A stretch of 64,000 nucleotides of DNA from an uncultured Pseudomonadales bacterium (GTDB lineage Bacteria; Patescibacteriota; Microgenomatia; UBA1400; PJMF01). The stretch covers positions 160,843 through 224,842 of the forward strand of contig CAYMSV010000002.1 in assembly GCA_964393205.1 (NCBI GenBank), in the 5' to 3' direction. The notes under the pieces were generated by a model. It saw nothing but the letters and a program-made list of their open reading frames with translations, searched no databases and was not told the DNA's origin. The position numbers and the translations under genes are program-made. Positions 28,956 through 38,511 of the stretch are shown here, piece after piece (positions within the stretch are counted from its first letter, which is position 1; each line of letters opens with the position of its first letter).

Positions 28956-30077
28956 TTAGACTAATTCAATAGTTGCTGAATTTTTAAATGTTTTTTTAAG
29001 TTCCCTGGCTAAATTTCTATCGGCCGTGGTCAATATAGTTTGATAATTTTCTAATAAGCTCAAAACCATTGCCTTGCTGTCTTGATCTAATTCAGACATA
29101 ATGTCGTCCAAAAGTAAAATAGGTTGATAGTCTATTCGACTATGTAAAAATTGTAATTCAGCAATCTTAAGCCATAAAACTCCTAAACGCTGTTGACCTC
29201 GTGATCCATAAGCTAGCAAACTCAAATCTTCAATTCCTTTTTCTGGCAAAGAAAACTTAACTAAAAAATCATCCTTATGAGGACCAATAAGAGTGTGTCC
29301 AGCAGCTATTTCTCTATTTAAATATTTTTTTAAACGATCATCGCTAATTATTGAAGGCAAGTATTTAATATTTAGCTCAAAAGGAAAAATTACTTCTCTA
29401 ATAAAATCAATAAACTTAATTCTCTCTTGCTGTAAAAACTGACCATGCTTTGCTAAATTTAAATTCCAAAAAGACAAAATATTCTTTTTTTCTTCTCCTT
29501 CACGCACTTTTTGTAGTAACAGATTGCGACGTTTCAAAGTTCGTTCATACTGTTGCAGAGAGCGTTGATATTGCCAATCCAACATTGATAAGGTTTGGTC
29601 AAGAAATAAGCGGCGGCGGCGCGGGCTACCCTCCACCAAACGTAAATCTTCAGGACGAAAAACTACTACTGATAAATTTTTGACAAAATCAGCACGCCGC
29701 CGCCTAATATCATTAACAGTAAACAAACGATATTGACTCTTTTTACCACCCACCATGCCCCTGGTAAGCATTATTTCTAATTTTAGTTCTTCTGAAACCT
29801 GAGACTCTTGATTAGGTTTTTCATTTTTCCCCTCTTGAGGAGCAAAGCTCTCCATTTCAAAAAGAGCCTGCACTCTGCCCAATTCTGCTCCCAAACGAAT
29901 CATTTCCTCAATGCGATTAGCTCGAAAACTATCACTGCTAGCCAAAAGATTTATTGCCTCTACAACAGTCGTTTTGCCACTGCCATTGTCCCCAAGAATA
30001 ATTGTGGTTTTTTTAAAATCCCAATTTTTATTAGCAAAATTTCGAAAATTTTGCAAAGCTAATTTGCGCAACAACAT
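28956..30077 (-). CDS. recF: DNA replication/repair protein RecF
   Basis: 'LALQNFRNF', Walker A 'GDNGSGKTT', Walker B 'LLLDDIMSELD'. Confidence 0.85.
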   Translation of the reverse strand: MLLRKLALQNFRNFANKNWDFKKTTIILGDNGSGKTTVVEAINLLASSDSFRANRIEEMIRLGAELGRVQALFEMESFAPQEGKNEKPNQESQVSEELKLEIMLTRGMVGGKKSQYRLFTVNDIRRRRADFVKNLSVVVFRPEDLRLVEGSPRRRRLFLDQTLSMLDWQYQRSLQQYERTLKRRNLLLQKVREGEEKKNILSFWNLNLAKHGQFLQQERIKFIDFIREVIFPFELNIKYLPSIISDDRLKKYLNREIAAGHTLIGPHKDDFLVKFSLPEKGIEDLSLLAYGSRGQQRLGVLWLKIAELQFLHSRIDYQPILLLDDIMSELDQDSKAMVLSLLENYQTILTTADRNLARELKKTFKNSATIELV

Positions 30078-30098
30078 AAAGTTAAAAGCATTTTATAA

Positions 30099-30407
30099 CT
30101 ATTCACGAAAAGCACGTCTAAAACGATAAAATAAATAAATTAATAAAATCTGCCAAAAGAAAAAGAAAAAGAAAAAAGAACGATAAACTAATCTAAATAT
30201 CACTGACCCATCATAAAATAATGTTAACAACCACCAGGCAAACAAAATATAAAAAATACCTGCTAAAAGCGTGGGTAAAAACATTAGTGGAATAAAAACT
30301 TGATCGCGAACTAAATTTTGCATACTTTGATAAGGATGCAAAAATAAACCCAAAGTAATTTGACCTAATGAATAAATTATTGATTTAACAATTCCTATTT
30401 TATCCAT
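30099..30407 (-). CDS. small membrane protein (3 TM) with Phe7 run
   Basis: Overlaps the upstream ORF by 8 nt. A (GAAAAA)n tract encodes FFFFFFF. Confidence 0.35.
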   Translation of the reverse strand: MDKIGIVKSIIYSLGQITLGLFLHPYQSMQNLVRDQVFIPLMFLPTLLAGIFYILFAWWLLTLFYDGSVIFRLVYRSFFFFFFFWQILLIYLFYRFRRAFRE

Positions 30408-30609
30408 TGTTTCCTTGGTAGAGTAATAATTCCCAAAACAAAGATGTAATAAAAGCTAAAACTAATAAAATCTGCCAAGCGTGAGTGGCGATAAAATTAG
30501 CCACAACACTTAAACGGTCTGGAACAAATTTATCTTTTTCCAAAGAACTGATTAGTTTAGCTTCGTTTTTTAGTTTGATTAAAAACTCTTGACTGTCATT
30601 TTTTTTCAT
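30400..30609 (-). CDS. small single-pass membrane protein immediately downstream of the ECF sigma (anti-sigma candidate)
   Basis: 69 aa. Cytoplasmic N-terminus plus one TM helix. Its position in the sigma operon supports the call. Confidence 0.3.
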   Translation of the reverse strand: MKKNDSQEFLIKLKNEAKLISSLEKDKFVPDRLSVVANFIATHAWQILLVLAFITSLFWELLLYQGNNG

Positions 30610-30637
30610 GGATTTTTTAATTCAATCAATCATTTAA

Positions 30638-31201
30638 TTAGTCAACTGCCTGATTAATGTTTGCCCATAGTAAGCGAAATTCTTTTCTAGCTCTAAACAA
30701 TTCTGACTCAATCGCCTTTTCAGTCTTCCCTAATTCTTTAGCTAAATCTTTTATGCGCTTTTTATCCACATATTTTTGCATCAGCAGTTCTCTTGACCGC
30801 TTAGCCATTTTTTTCAAAACCAATTTGACCATAACGGCAGTTTCATGAGCATCTTTAAATTCATGTTCTAAAAAAACTTCAGAAAGAGGAATAGTTTTAA
30901 TAAATTTTTTTGCATAACGTTTACGGTAAAAATCGTTAATTTCGTGACGCATAATGCTCTGCATATATGTCAATAAAGAACTGTTTCCCTTAAAAAGATT
31001 GATTGCTCTTAGACAATTAACAAAAGTTTCTTGGACAATTTCTTCGGCCACTGAAGCATTAGGTAGTTTTTGTAAAGCCAGAGTTAATAGTTTTTTATAA
31101 TAATGCTTAAACCAATACTCAATTGCCAATTCATCACCCCTTCTTATGGCTTCAATTAAAACAAGCTCGTCTTTAAATCCAACAAAACGTTTCATGATCA
31201 A
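30638..31201 (-). CDS. ECF-type RNA polymerase sigma-70 family factor
   Basis: Region 2 'EEIVQETFVNCLRAINLF'. Region 4 HTH 'IKDLAKELGKTEKAIESELFRARKEF'. Confidence 0.75.
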   Translation of the reverse strand: MIMKRFVGFKDELVLIEAIRRGDELAIEYWFKHYYKKLLTLALQKLPNASVAEEIVQETFVNCLRAINLFKGNSSLLTYMQSIMRHEINDFYRKRYAKKFIKTIPLSEVFLEHEFKDAHETAVMVKLVLKKMAKRSRELLMQKYVDKKRIKDLAKELGKTEKAIESELFRARKEFRLLWANINQAVD

Positions 31202-31242
31202 ACTACCCTATCATATCAGAAAATTTTATTTTATAATTAGCT

Positions 31243-31659
31243 TTGATGAAAAAAATCTTGATATTAACCACACTGATTTTATCAATTTTACTTTCTCAAT
31301 TTTTTATTTTTAAGTTTTCAGCTATTGAATTAAGGGCCAGAGCCAGTACTGGGGATGTTGAAATAGATCTCTCAGAATACATGGTTCTCAGTGACGGACA
31401 AAAAGTTAGTGATGTTTTTAGCACACCAGCAGATATGGTAAATCTCCTGATAAGAGTTGTTTTTGTTCTCGTCGGTTTAATTTTATTTGCGATGATTGTT
31501 TTTTCTGGTCTAGCTATGATTTCAGGAAGTGAATCAGAAAGTAAAGAAAAAGCTAAAACGACTATGACTTCAGCCTTAATCGGGTTTCTGGTTATTTTTG
31601 CTGCTTATTGGATTATGCAAATTATTAGAACCTTTACTGGAGCAGATATTGGCTTTTAA
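31243..31659 (+). CDS. VirB2/TrbC-like small double-TM protein, paralog 1 (most divergent)
   Basis: Signal/anchor, then TM1 'LLIRVVFVLVGLILFAMIVF', a loop 'SGSESESKEKAKTT' and TM2. Confidence 0.45.
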   Translation: MMKKILILTTLILSILLSQFFIFKFSAIELRARASTGDVEIDLSEYMVLSDGQKVSDVFSTPADMVNLLIRVVFVLVGLILFAMIVFSGLAMISGSESESKEKAKTTMTSALIGFLVIFAAYWIMQIIRTFTGADIGF

Positions 31660-31688
31660 AAAAGAGCCAGGTATAATGAAAAATTGAA

Positions 31689-32126
31689 ATGAAAAAAATA
31701 ATTTTAAGCCTACTTTCCTTATTTGCCTTATCAACCCTCTTTTTAAACAATTATATTTTTGCTCAAACTCCAGTCGTACAACCAAACTCTGTCTTCGGCA
31801 ATATTGAGGCACCTCCTGGAGTAGCTGAGTTAAATCAACAATCAACCAGCGGCATTGGTCTCATTCTCTTTTTTTCCAACCTTATTAAACTGATCTCAGT
31901 TGTAGCCGGGTTATGGACCATGTTTAATTTTATCTTAGCTGGCTTTACCTATATCACTAGTGCTGACAACTCAGGAGCTATAGAAAAAATTGGCACCAAA
32001 CTCACTCTGAGCGTAGTTGGACTAGCCATTATTGTTGCTTCTTACACTATTGCGGCAATTATCGGCTTAATTATTTTTGGCGATGCTAGTTTTATCATTA
32101 ATCCGCAAATACCAAGTCCGATATAG
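31689..32126 (+). CDS. VirB2/TrbC-like pilin candidate, paralog 2
   Basis: Sec signal peptide 'LFLNNYIFA|QTP'. Two TM helices separated by the loop 'TSADNSGAIEKIGTK'. Confidence 0.5.
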   Translation: MKKIILSLLSLFALSTLFLNNYIFAQTPVVQPNSVFGNIEAPPGVAELNQQSTSGIGLILFFSNLIKLISVVAGLWTMFNFILAGFTYITSADNSGAIEKIGTKLTLSVVGLAIIVASYTIAAIIGLIIFGDASFIINPQIPSPI

Positions 32127-32149
32127 TATATAAATAAAATAATAAAATT

Positions 32150-32539
32150 ATGTCAAAAATTAATAATTTGTTAGCTCAAAGTGTCGATATTGGTTCAATA
32201 AAACCAGTGAATGATGCTCGACAGCCAAGCAATTTAAGCAATACCACCGTTTTATCAACCTTTGAATTGTGGATCAGCGACATTATTGGAGTTATTACCA
32301 TTTTAGGTACATTGTTTTTCATTGTTTATGCTTTCATCGCAGCCTTTAATTGGATTACTGCTGCTGGTGACAAAGGAAAAATTGAAAAAGCTAAAGATCG
32401 CCTAGTTTGGAGCACCCTGGGTCTTATTTTAATTGTTGCTACCTACGCAATTATTGGCCTAATTGGCGGTATTATTGGTTTGGAATTATTAGAACCAGCA
32501 AAAATGATACAAGAAATTATTCCTGGAGCCAGTCCATAA
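32150..32539 (+). CDS. VirB2/TrbC-like pilin candidate, paralog 3
   Basis: 'FNWITAAGDKGKIEKAKDRL' loop between two TM helices. Confidence 0.5.
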   Translation: MSKINNLLAQSVDIGSIKPVNDARQPSNLSNTTVLSTFELWISDIIGVITILGTLFFIVYAFIAAFNWITAAGDKGKIEKAKDRLVWSTLGLILIVATYAIIGLIGGIIGLELLEPAKMIQEIIPGASP

Positions 32540-32541
32540 CT

Positions 32542-32967
32542 ATGAAAAAAAGATTAAGCAACTTATATCAAAAATTAGGTTTTTTTTATTTATATTTATT
32601 AAACTTACTTATTCATCCTAAAATAGCCAGGGCACAAATTAATAACCCAGTTATTGGTGATCTTGGACAAAATGACCCCTCAGTGCCCAGTGGCGGTAAA
32701 TTTATTCAATATACTGTTTATTTGTGGAGAGCTTCCATAACTATTGGCTCTTTAGCAGTTATCGCCTATTTTTTACTAGGTGCATTTAGTTGGATTACCT
32801 CTGGAGGAGATAAAACTAAGGTAGAAACAGCGCGTAATCAAATGACTCACGCTATTATTGGTTTATTGCTATTAGTTAGCTCTTTTGTGTTACTTAGCTT
32901 TATGAGTAAATTACTTTTCGGGGGAGAATTTGATTTATTAAAACTTACCATACCCGGTGTAAATTAA
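32542..32967 (+). CDS. VirB2/TrbC-like pilin candidate, paralog 4
   Basis: Start at internal M 32542 (the ORF track's 32407 overlaps paralog 3). Signal peptide '...IARA|QIN'. 'FSWITSGGDKTKVETARNQM'. Confidence 0.5.
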   Translation: MKKRLSNLYQKLGFFYLYLLNLLIHPKIARAQINNPVIGDLGQNDPSVPSGGKFIQYTVYLWRASITIGSLAVIAYFLLGAFSWITSGGDKTKVETARNQMTHAIIGLLLLVSSFVLLSFMSKLLFGGEFDLLKLTIPGVN

Positions 32968-32991
32968 AATTAACAAATTAAAAAAATAAAT

Positions 32992-33333
32992 ATGAATAGA
33001 CAAATCGCACAAGTTACTTTAGACATAGCAGATGAAGCTATTAAGCAAGGCCTCTATGGCGCTGAGCAATCTCAAACACCTGATGGTGGATTTGGTGTTT
33101 GGCTTAGCAATATTTTAAGAGTAGCTATGATTCTCGGAGTTGTTGCTTGTTTGGGTTTGATTGTTTGGGGAGCTATCGAATGGATTACATCCTCTGGCGA
33201 TAAACAAAAAACTGAAGAGGCACGTAATAAAATTACTACAGCCATTATTGGTTTAATAGTTTTAGCAGCCACCATGGCTATTTTTAGTCTGGTAGCTAGT
33301 TTCTTGGGCATTACTGTTATTAAATTCGTCTAG
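32992..33333 (+). CDS. VirB2/TrbC-like pilin candidate, paralog 5
   Basis: 'IEWITSSGDKQKTEEARNKI' between two TM helices. Confidence 0.5.
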   Translation: MNRQIAQVTLDIADEAIKQGLYGAEQSQTPDGGFGVWLSNILRVAMILGVVACLGLIVWGAIEWITSSGDKQKTEEARNKITTAIIGLIVLAATMAIFSLVASFLGITVIKFV

Positions 33334-33403
33334 ATTTTTTTGCTAAAGACTAATAAACTTGATATAATAAAAATTAGATAGAAAAATTTAAAAGGAGACT
33401 TTT

Positions 33404-33808
33404 ATGAAATTAACTAAAAAAATTGCTCTGGCTAGCGGCAGCGCTTTCAGCGGGATTCTTCTTCAAGCCAAAATGGTGATGGCAGCTTTCGATGACATTG
33501 AGGTTAATCCAGGCACGGGCTATGCTACAGATTTTGGCAAAATGTTTAGTTCTATTTTAAACGTAGTAATGCTAATTGCTGCTGTTTTAGTTTTTGCTTA
33601 TCTTATCTTTGGAGGCATCCAGTGGATTACCTCTGGAGGAGATAAAGGAAAAGCTGAAGAAGCACGCAATAAAATTACAGCCGCCATTATTGGATTAATT
33701 ATTGTAGCGGCTTCCTATGCAGTAATTAACTTAATTGTGAACTTCTTGGGCTTTGGTAGCTTTAATGAAGTTTTTCAAAATGTAGGTACCATTAATAAAC
33801 CTAATTAA
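33404..33808 (+). CDS. VirB2/TrbC-like pilin candidate, paralog 6
   Basis: Strong SD AAGGAG 8 nt upstream. 'IQWITSGGDKGKAEEARNKI'. Confidence 0.55.
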   Translation: MKLTKKIALASGSAFSGILLQAKMVMAAFDDIEVNPGTGYATDFGKMFSSILNVVMLIAAVLVFAYLIFGGIQWITSGGDKGKAEEARNKITAAIIGLIIVAASYAVINLIVNFLGFGSFNEVFQNVGTINKPN

Positions 33809-33840
33809 TTTTAGATACTAAAAACTCTCTTTTCATTTGC

Positions 33841-34266
33841 TTGGAAAGAGAGTTTTTTATTGCTATAATCAGAATTATTATGATTCAAATCTTTTCGTTT
33901 TTTTCCATTGTTAAACCTGTTCAAGCACAGACTAAAAGCTGGGATCAAATAAATGACAATTGTGTTATAGAAGGAGTAGCAAGTATTCAGGGTATTGGTT
34001 GCTTGCTAGCCAACATTCTTTCTGTGGTTTTAACTTTAATTGGTATAGCGGGATTTGTGATGATTATTTATGCGGCTTTTAATTTATTATTATCAGCTGG
34101 AAAAAGCCAAGAGGTAGAAAAATCTAAAAACACTATTACTTTTGCTATTATTGGTTTAATTTTAGCTCTATCTGCTTTCATAATTATTAATCTCATTTCT
34201 AGCTTTACAGGCATTGATTTTATTAAGTCTTTTGTTATTCCAGGATCACAAAAAGACTGGTTCTAA
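33841..34266 (+). CDS. VirB2/TrbC-like pilin candidate, paralog 7
   Basis: Signal peptide '...VQA|QTK'. Two TM helices with the loop 'SAGKSQEVEKSKNT'. Confidence 0.45.
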   Translation: MEREFFIAIIRIIMIQIFSFFSIVKPVQAQTKSWDQINDNCVIEGVASIQGIGCLLANILSVVLTLIGIAGFVMIIYAAFNLLLSAGKSQEVEKSKNTITFAIIGLILALSAFIIINLISSFTGIDFIKSFVIPGSQKDWF

Positions 34267-34298
34267 AATCATTTTCAAAATAATTAAGAAATCAGCAA

Positions 34299-35015
34299 TC
34301 ATTGTCCAAAACGTCGTTGCCGACTATCAAATTCAGATAGCGCTTTCGCAAACTCTTTCTCATTGAAGTCTGGCATTAGTGTCGAACAAAAATATAATTC
34401 ACTATATACCCCCTGCCAAGGCAAATAACCGGACAAACGCTGTTCCCCACCAGGTCTAATAATTAAATCTGGATCAGGCAAATCAAGCTCAAACTTGGTA
34501 TCAAGATATTTCTCTAAAAGCTCTGGAACAATCTCTTTTTCTGTTAAGTTTTTTTCTTGAACAATCAAACGTTTAACAGCCCTTATTATTTCATCTCGAC
34601 CACCATAGTTAAGGGCAAAGGTAACAACAAGCTTCTTATTGTTAAGAGTCTCTTTCTTCCAATGCTCAACTCCCTCTCTAATATCTTGGGGAAAGCGACC
34701 CAAATCACCAATGGTGTGCACTCTCACCCCTTTTTTATGTAAACGCTCAGCAGCCGTACTAAAGGTTTCACGAAATAAACCCATTATTCCTTCTAATTCT
34801 TTGCTGTCACGCTGCCAATTTTCAGTACTAAAAGCCCAAAGAGTTAAAAACTCAATACCAACACTAATCGCATAATCGGCTAGTTTTTCTATTGTTTCCT
34901 CGGCAGTTTTGCGGTGACCTTTAATAATTGATAAACCTTGTTTTCTTGCCCATCGTCGATTGCCATCCATAATGATAGCAACGTGTTGAGGAATTTTGTC
35001 TGTTTTCATACTCAT
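34299..35015 (-). CDS. uppS: undecaprenyl diphosphate synthase (cis-isoprenyl transferase)
   Basis: 'HVAIIMDGNRRWARKQGL' and 'ALNYGGRDEI'. Confidence 0.9.
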   Translation of the reverse strand: MSMKTDKIPQHVAIIMDGNRRWARKQGLSIIKGHRKTAEETIEKLADYAISVGIEFLTLWAFSTENWQRDSKELEGIMGLFRETFSTAAERLHKKGVRVHTIGDLGRFPQDIREGVEHWKKETLNNKKLVVTFALNYGGRDEIIRAVKRLIVQEKNLTEKEIVPELLEKYLDTKFELDLPDPDLIIRPGGEQRLSGYLPWQGVYSELYFCSTLMPDFNEKEFAKALSEFDSRQRRFGQ

Positions 35016-35028
35016 ATTTCTATATTAA

Positions 35029-35640
35029 TTATATTGTTACATTTTCTAAAAAGCGATTAATAGTTTTTTCTAATTGCTCATTGTCTAAAAAGAGTTTAAA
35101 CCATGGAGTTAATTCTCCATCTTCTAATCTTTTTTGATCAATTAACTTATACCAGTCAATCCAGAGTAAATCAGCAACTTCTTGAGGATTTTTGTCTAGC
35201 TCTAAACTTTTTGCTTCCTGATCGTTTAAAAATAGGGCAAAAACGTGGTCAATTTCTTTTTCACTATAGCGCTGATTACAAAGCACTTGATAATTTAAAA
35301 TAAAAATCTCTTTCACGCTTTGGCAAAGATTCTTAGATAGGCTTATTCCTAATTCTTCTTTCAATCGCCTCAAGACACATTCCCTATGACTTTCCCCCAT
35401 CGCTACATTGCCACAAACTGTATTAGCCCACTGACTAGCTCCTACAATTTTTTTATCACTACGTTTTTGTATTAATAATTGAAAACGGCCAACTTTACTT
35501 TTTCTAAACAAAAATAAAGAAATTGCTTGATGGAGCATGGCTTCTCCCGAATGAGCCTCAAATTTATCAGCACTAGCGATAATCTCATCTTGATCATTAA
35601 CTAAATTTACCCGGCTATAATCCACTAAGGTTTTATTCAT
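35029..35640 (-). CDS. idi: isopentenyl-diphosphate delta-isomerase, type 1 (Nudix fold)
   Basis: 'LHQAISLFLF...LLIQKRSDKKIVGASQWANTVCGNVAMGESHRECVLRRLKEELGI' matches IDI-1 including the catalytic Cys in 'TVCGN'. The ORF track start 35718 would overlap the valS ATG head-on, so the internal M at 35640 (MNKTL) is preferred. Confidence 0.7.
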   Translation of the reverse strand: MNKTLVDYSRVNLVNDQDEIIASADKFEAHSGEAMLHQAISLFLFRKSKVGRFQLLIQKRSDKKIVGASQWANTVCGNVAMGESHRECVLRRLKEELGISLSKNLCQSVKEIFILNYQVLCNQRYSEKEIDHVFALFLNDQEAKSLELDKNPQEVADLLWIDWYKLIDQKRLEDGELTPWFKLFLDNEQLEKTINRFLENVTI

Positions 35641-35716
35641 CTCCGTTATTTTAACAGACAAAGAATTGAAGTTATAAACTAGAGTCAAGCCTGCTTCGGT
35701 GCTATAATTAACGGTC

Positions 35717-38044
35717 ATGGATAAACATTATCAACCACAAGATTACGAAGAAAAAATCTATCAACTTTGGGAAAAAGCTGATGCTTTCAATCCTGATAGT
35801 GAGATAAATCAACGGTTAAAAAATGAAGATTTATCAAGTTTTTCCATTATTATGCCTCCTCCAAATGCCAACGATCCACTACATTTGGGTCACGGCTGTG
35901 TTGTAACTCTAGAAGACATCATGGTTCGCTTCGCTCGAATGAGGGGTCATGACACTCTTTGGCTCCCTGGCACCGATCACGCTGGTATTGAAACACAATT
36001 TGTTTTTGAAAAGAAACTCAAAAAAGAAAAAAAGAGTCGTTTTAATTTTGATCGCCAAACTCTTTATCAAATGATCTGGGATTATGTTGAAAAAAATAGT
36101 CAAATAGCTGTTCAGCAAATTAAACAATTAGGCGCCAGCGCTGACTGGAGTCGCTTTAAGTTTACTCTAGATCCAGATATTGTTGAAGACGTCATCAAAA
36201 CTTTTGAGCAAATGGCAAAAGATGACTTAATCTATCGAGCCAACCGATTAGTAAATTACTGTCCTAAATGTGGCACTGGTTTTAGTAATTTAGAAGTTAA
36301 TCATGTTGAAGAAAAAAACCCCCTTTATTATTTAAAATATGGGCCAATTAATATTGCCACAACTAGACCAGAAACCATCTTTGCCGATGTGGCAATTGCT
36401 GTCCACCCTAAAGATAAACGTTATCGTGCTTATCATGGAAAAACTATCGAGTTTCAAGGATTATTAGGCTTGGTCAAACTTAAAGTAATTGCTGATGATT
36501 TTGTTGATCCGGAATTTGGCACCGGTGCAGTTAAAATTACCCCCTTCCATGATTTTAATGATTTTGCTTTTTGGCAAAAACATCAAGATCAATTACAAGA
36601 AGCTATTAATAATAATGAGCTTGGCTACATTGATTTAAAAGAACAATTAATAAAGGAAAAAAATCTAAGCAATGAAGAAGAAAAATTACCTGCTATAGCA
36701 GTTAATTTTGATGGTCGACTCACTAAATTTACCGGCAAATATGCTGGACTCAAAACGCATATAGCTCGAGAAAATATTGTTAAAGATTTAGAACAAAATC
36801 AATTATTAGAAAAAATTGACGAACAATATCAACATAGTTTAGCCAAATGCTATCGCTGTAATAAACCCATAGAACCCCTTCCTCTCCCCCAATTTTATGT
36901 TCGAGTTAAATCATTAACAGAAGCTGTTTTACAGAAAATTAAGAAAAAAGAACTGACAATATATGGCGCTGGTTATGACAAAATTCTTAAACATTGGTTA
37001 GAAAACTTAGAAGATTGGAATATTAGTCGACAGATTGTTTGGGGTATTCGTATGCCAGTCTGGTATGAAGTTGACAATAATCCAAATTTACGAATTACTT
37101 TTTTAGATAAAGATGGACAAAGAATTACTGATCTCATCAAAAACTTACTTAAAAAATATTCTTTTGAGGAGATAGAAAAAGGTTTACAAAACCTCGCTGC
37201 CCCCATTGACGCTCAATATTTACTTGGCACCACTAAACCAGATGATACTAAGCAATATTTACAAGAAACCGACACTTTTGACACTTGGTTTTCTTCAAGC
37301 CAGTGGCCAGTAGTTGCTCTAAAAAATAATAAACCTGGAGACTTTGAGCGTTTTTATCCGACTAGCATTATGGAAACCGCCTATGACATTTTAATGTTTT
37401 GGGTAATGCGCATGCTAATGATGGGTTTGTATAGCACTCAACAATTACCATTTAAAAAAATTTATTTGCACGGCCTTATTAGAGATGGCAAAGGCCAGAA
37501 AATGAGTAAGAGTAAGGGCAATGTTGTTAATCCACTAGAAATTGGCGAAAAATACGGTATAGATGCGCTTAGAATGGCTATTGTTATTCGCTCTAGTGCT
37601 GGATTAGACAAAAGTATTAGCGATGCTGATTTTAAAGCAATGCGCAATCTTAATAATAAGCTTTGGAATGCGACTCGTTTTATTTTGTTGCAAAGAGAAT
37701 CGCCCACTTATTCAGACAATAATAAGCAAGGACAGCTAGACAAAAAATTTGATAAAAAACTCAAACAGCTTGAGTCTGTAATCACTCGTAATCTAGAACA
37801 GCAACAACTGGGTTTAGCCGCTGAAACTTTGCATAATGAATTTTGGCATTGGTTTTGTGACGAGTGTATAGAAGAGTCAAAAAATGGATTGATAAGTCAA
37901 GAAAAAATCTTAAACGGTCTAATAATTTTTTTGAAGATGTTTCACCCATTTATCCCTTTTGTAACTGAAGCCATTTGGCAAATTTTATATCAAGAAAAAT
38001 TAGTAAAAGAAAAAATACTAATGAGTAGTCCTTGGCCAATTTAA
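35717..38044 (+). CDS. valS: valyl-tRNA synthetase (compact, lacks long C-terminal coiled coil)
   Basis: HIGH region 'PPPNANDPLHLGHG', 'DWNISRQIVWGIRMPVW' and KMSKS 'KMSKSKGNVV'. Confidence 0.8.
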   Translation: MDKHYQPQDYEEKIYQLWEKADAFNPDSEINQRLKNEDLSSFSIIMPPPNANDPLHLGHGCVVTLEDIMVRFARMRGHDTLWLPGTDHAGIETQFVFEKKLKKEKKSRFNFDRQTLYQMIWDYVEKNSQIAVQQIKQLGASADWSRFKFTLDPDIVEDVIKTFEQMAKDDLIYRANRLVNYCPKCGTGFSNLEVNHVEEKNPLYYLKYGPINIATTRPETIFADVAIAVHPKDKRYRAYHGKTIEFQGLLGLVKLKVIADDFVDPEFGTGAVKITPFHDFNDFAFWQKHQDQLQEAINNNELGYIDLKEQLIKEKNLSNEEEKLPAIAVNFDGRLTKFTGKYAGLKTHIARENIVKDLEQNQLLEKIDEQYQHSLAKCYRCNKPIEPLPLPQFYVRVKSLTEAVLQKIKKKELTIYGAGYDKILKHWLENLEDWNISRQIVWGIRMPVWYEVDNNPNLRITFLDKDGQRITDLIKNLLKKYSFEEIEKGLQNLAAPIDAQYLLGTTKPDDTKQYLQETDTFDTWFSSSQWPVVALKNNKPGDFERFYPTSIMETAYDILMFWVMRMLMMGLYSTQQLPFKKIYLHGLIRDGKGQKMSKSKGNVVNPLEIGEKYGIDALRMAIVIRSSAGLDKSISDADFKAMRNLNNKLWNATRFILLQRESPTYSDNNKQGQLDKKFDKKLKQLESVITRNLEQQQLGLAAETLHNEFWHWFCDECIEESKNGLISQEKILNGLIIFLKMFHPFIPFVTEAIWQILYQEKLVKEKILMSSPWPI

Positions 38045-38463
38045 TGTTAAAAAAAATCAGCAACTATTTATTGCTTCTTATCTTAATTATAAGACTTCTT
38101 TACAAACTCTGTATTTTCAGCATTCAATATTTATTTCTTAAACTTAAATTAAAAGGAGAAATAACTCCTGTTTTATTATTTCTTTTATTATTAATTTGGC
38201 TAATTAATTGGCAGCTATGGCAAAAAAACAAGATCCCTCAGATTGAATTAAAAGAGGCACCAAGTCAAAACCCTGGAGAAATTTTGCTTACTCTTGATCA
38301 GGTAGAAATTGAAACGCTAAAAAATTTTTATTTAAAACTGGAAACAAAACAAAAACACAGTCGAGACATATTTTTTAACCTTGCTAAGTTATTAGAACTT
38401 GAAGATTTAAAAATAGCTCAAGAAAAATTTCAACAATCTTGGGAACTAGACCCCAATTATTAA
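38032..38463 (+). CDS. hypothetical small membrane protein
   Basis: 143-aa ORF overlapping the valS end. Two hydrophobic helices. Weak support. Confidence 0.25.
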   Translation: MANLMLKKISNYLLLLILIIRLLYKLCIFSIQYLFLKLKLKGEITPVLLFLLLLIWLINWQLWQKNKIPQIELKEAPSQNPGEILLTLDQVEIETLKNFYLKLETKQKHSRDIFFNLAKLLELEDLKIAQEKFQQSWELDPNY

Positions 38464-38511
38464 ACAGCTTGTCTTAAAAATTAAAATATTGCTGTAATAA
38501 ACCCTATTGTT

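Noticed and set aside
31243-34266. Interpretation of the seven small proteins as type IV pilins or Flp pilins
   Set aside because: They have no G/FTLIE-type prepilin peptidase motif or Flp motif. Their Sec-type signal peptides and two-helix hairpin topology fit VirB2/TrbC-like proteins better. A bacteriocin-like alternative is kept open in the findings.
35640-35719. Head-on overlap of the idi and valS start codons (CATG)
   Set aside because: This is an ORF-caller artefact. The IDI-1 homology begins at the internal M (35640), which leaves a 76-bp divergent promoter region.
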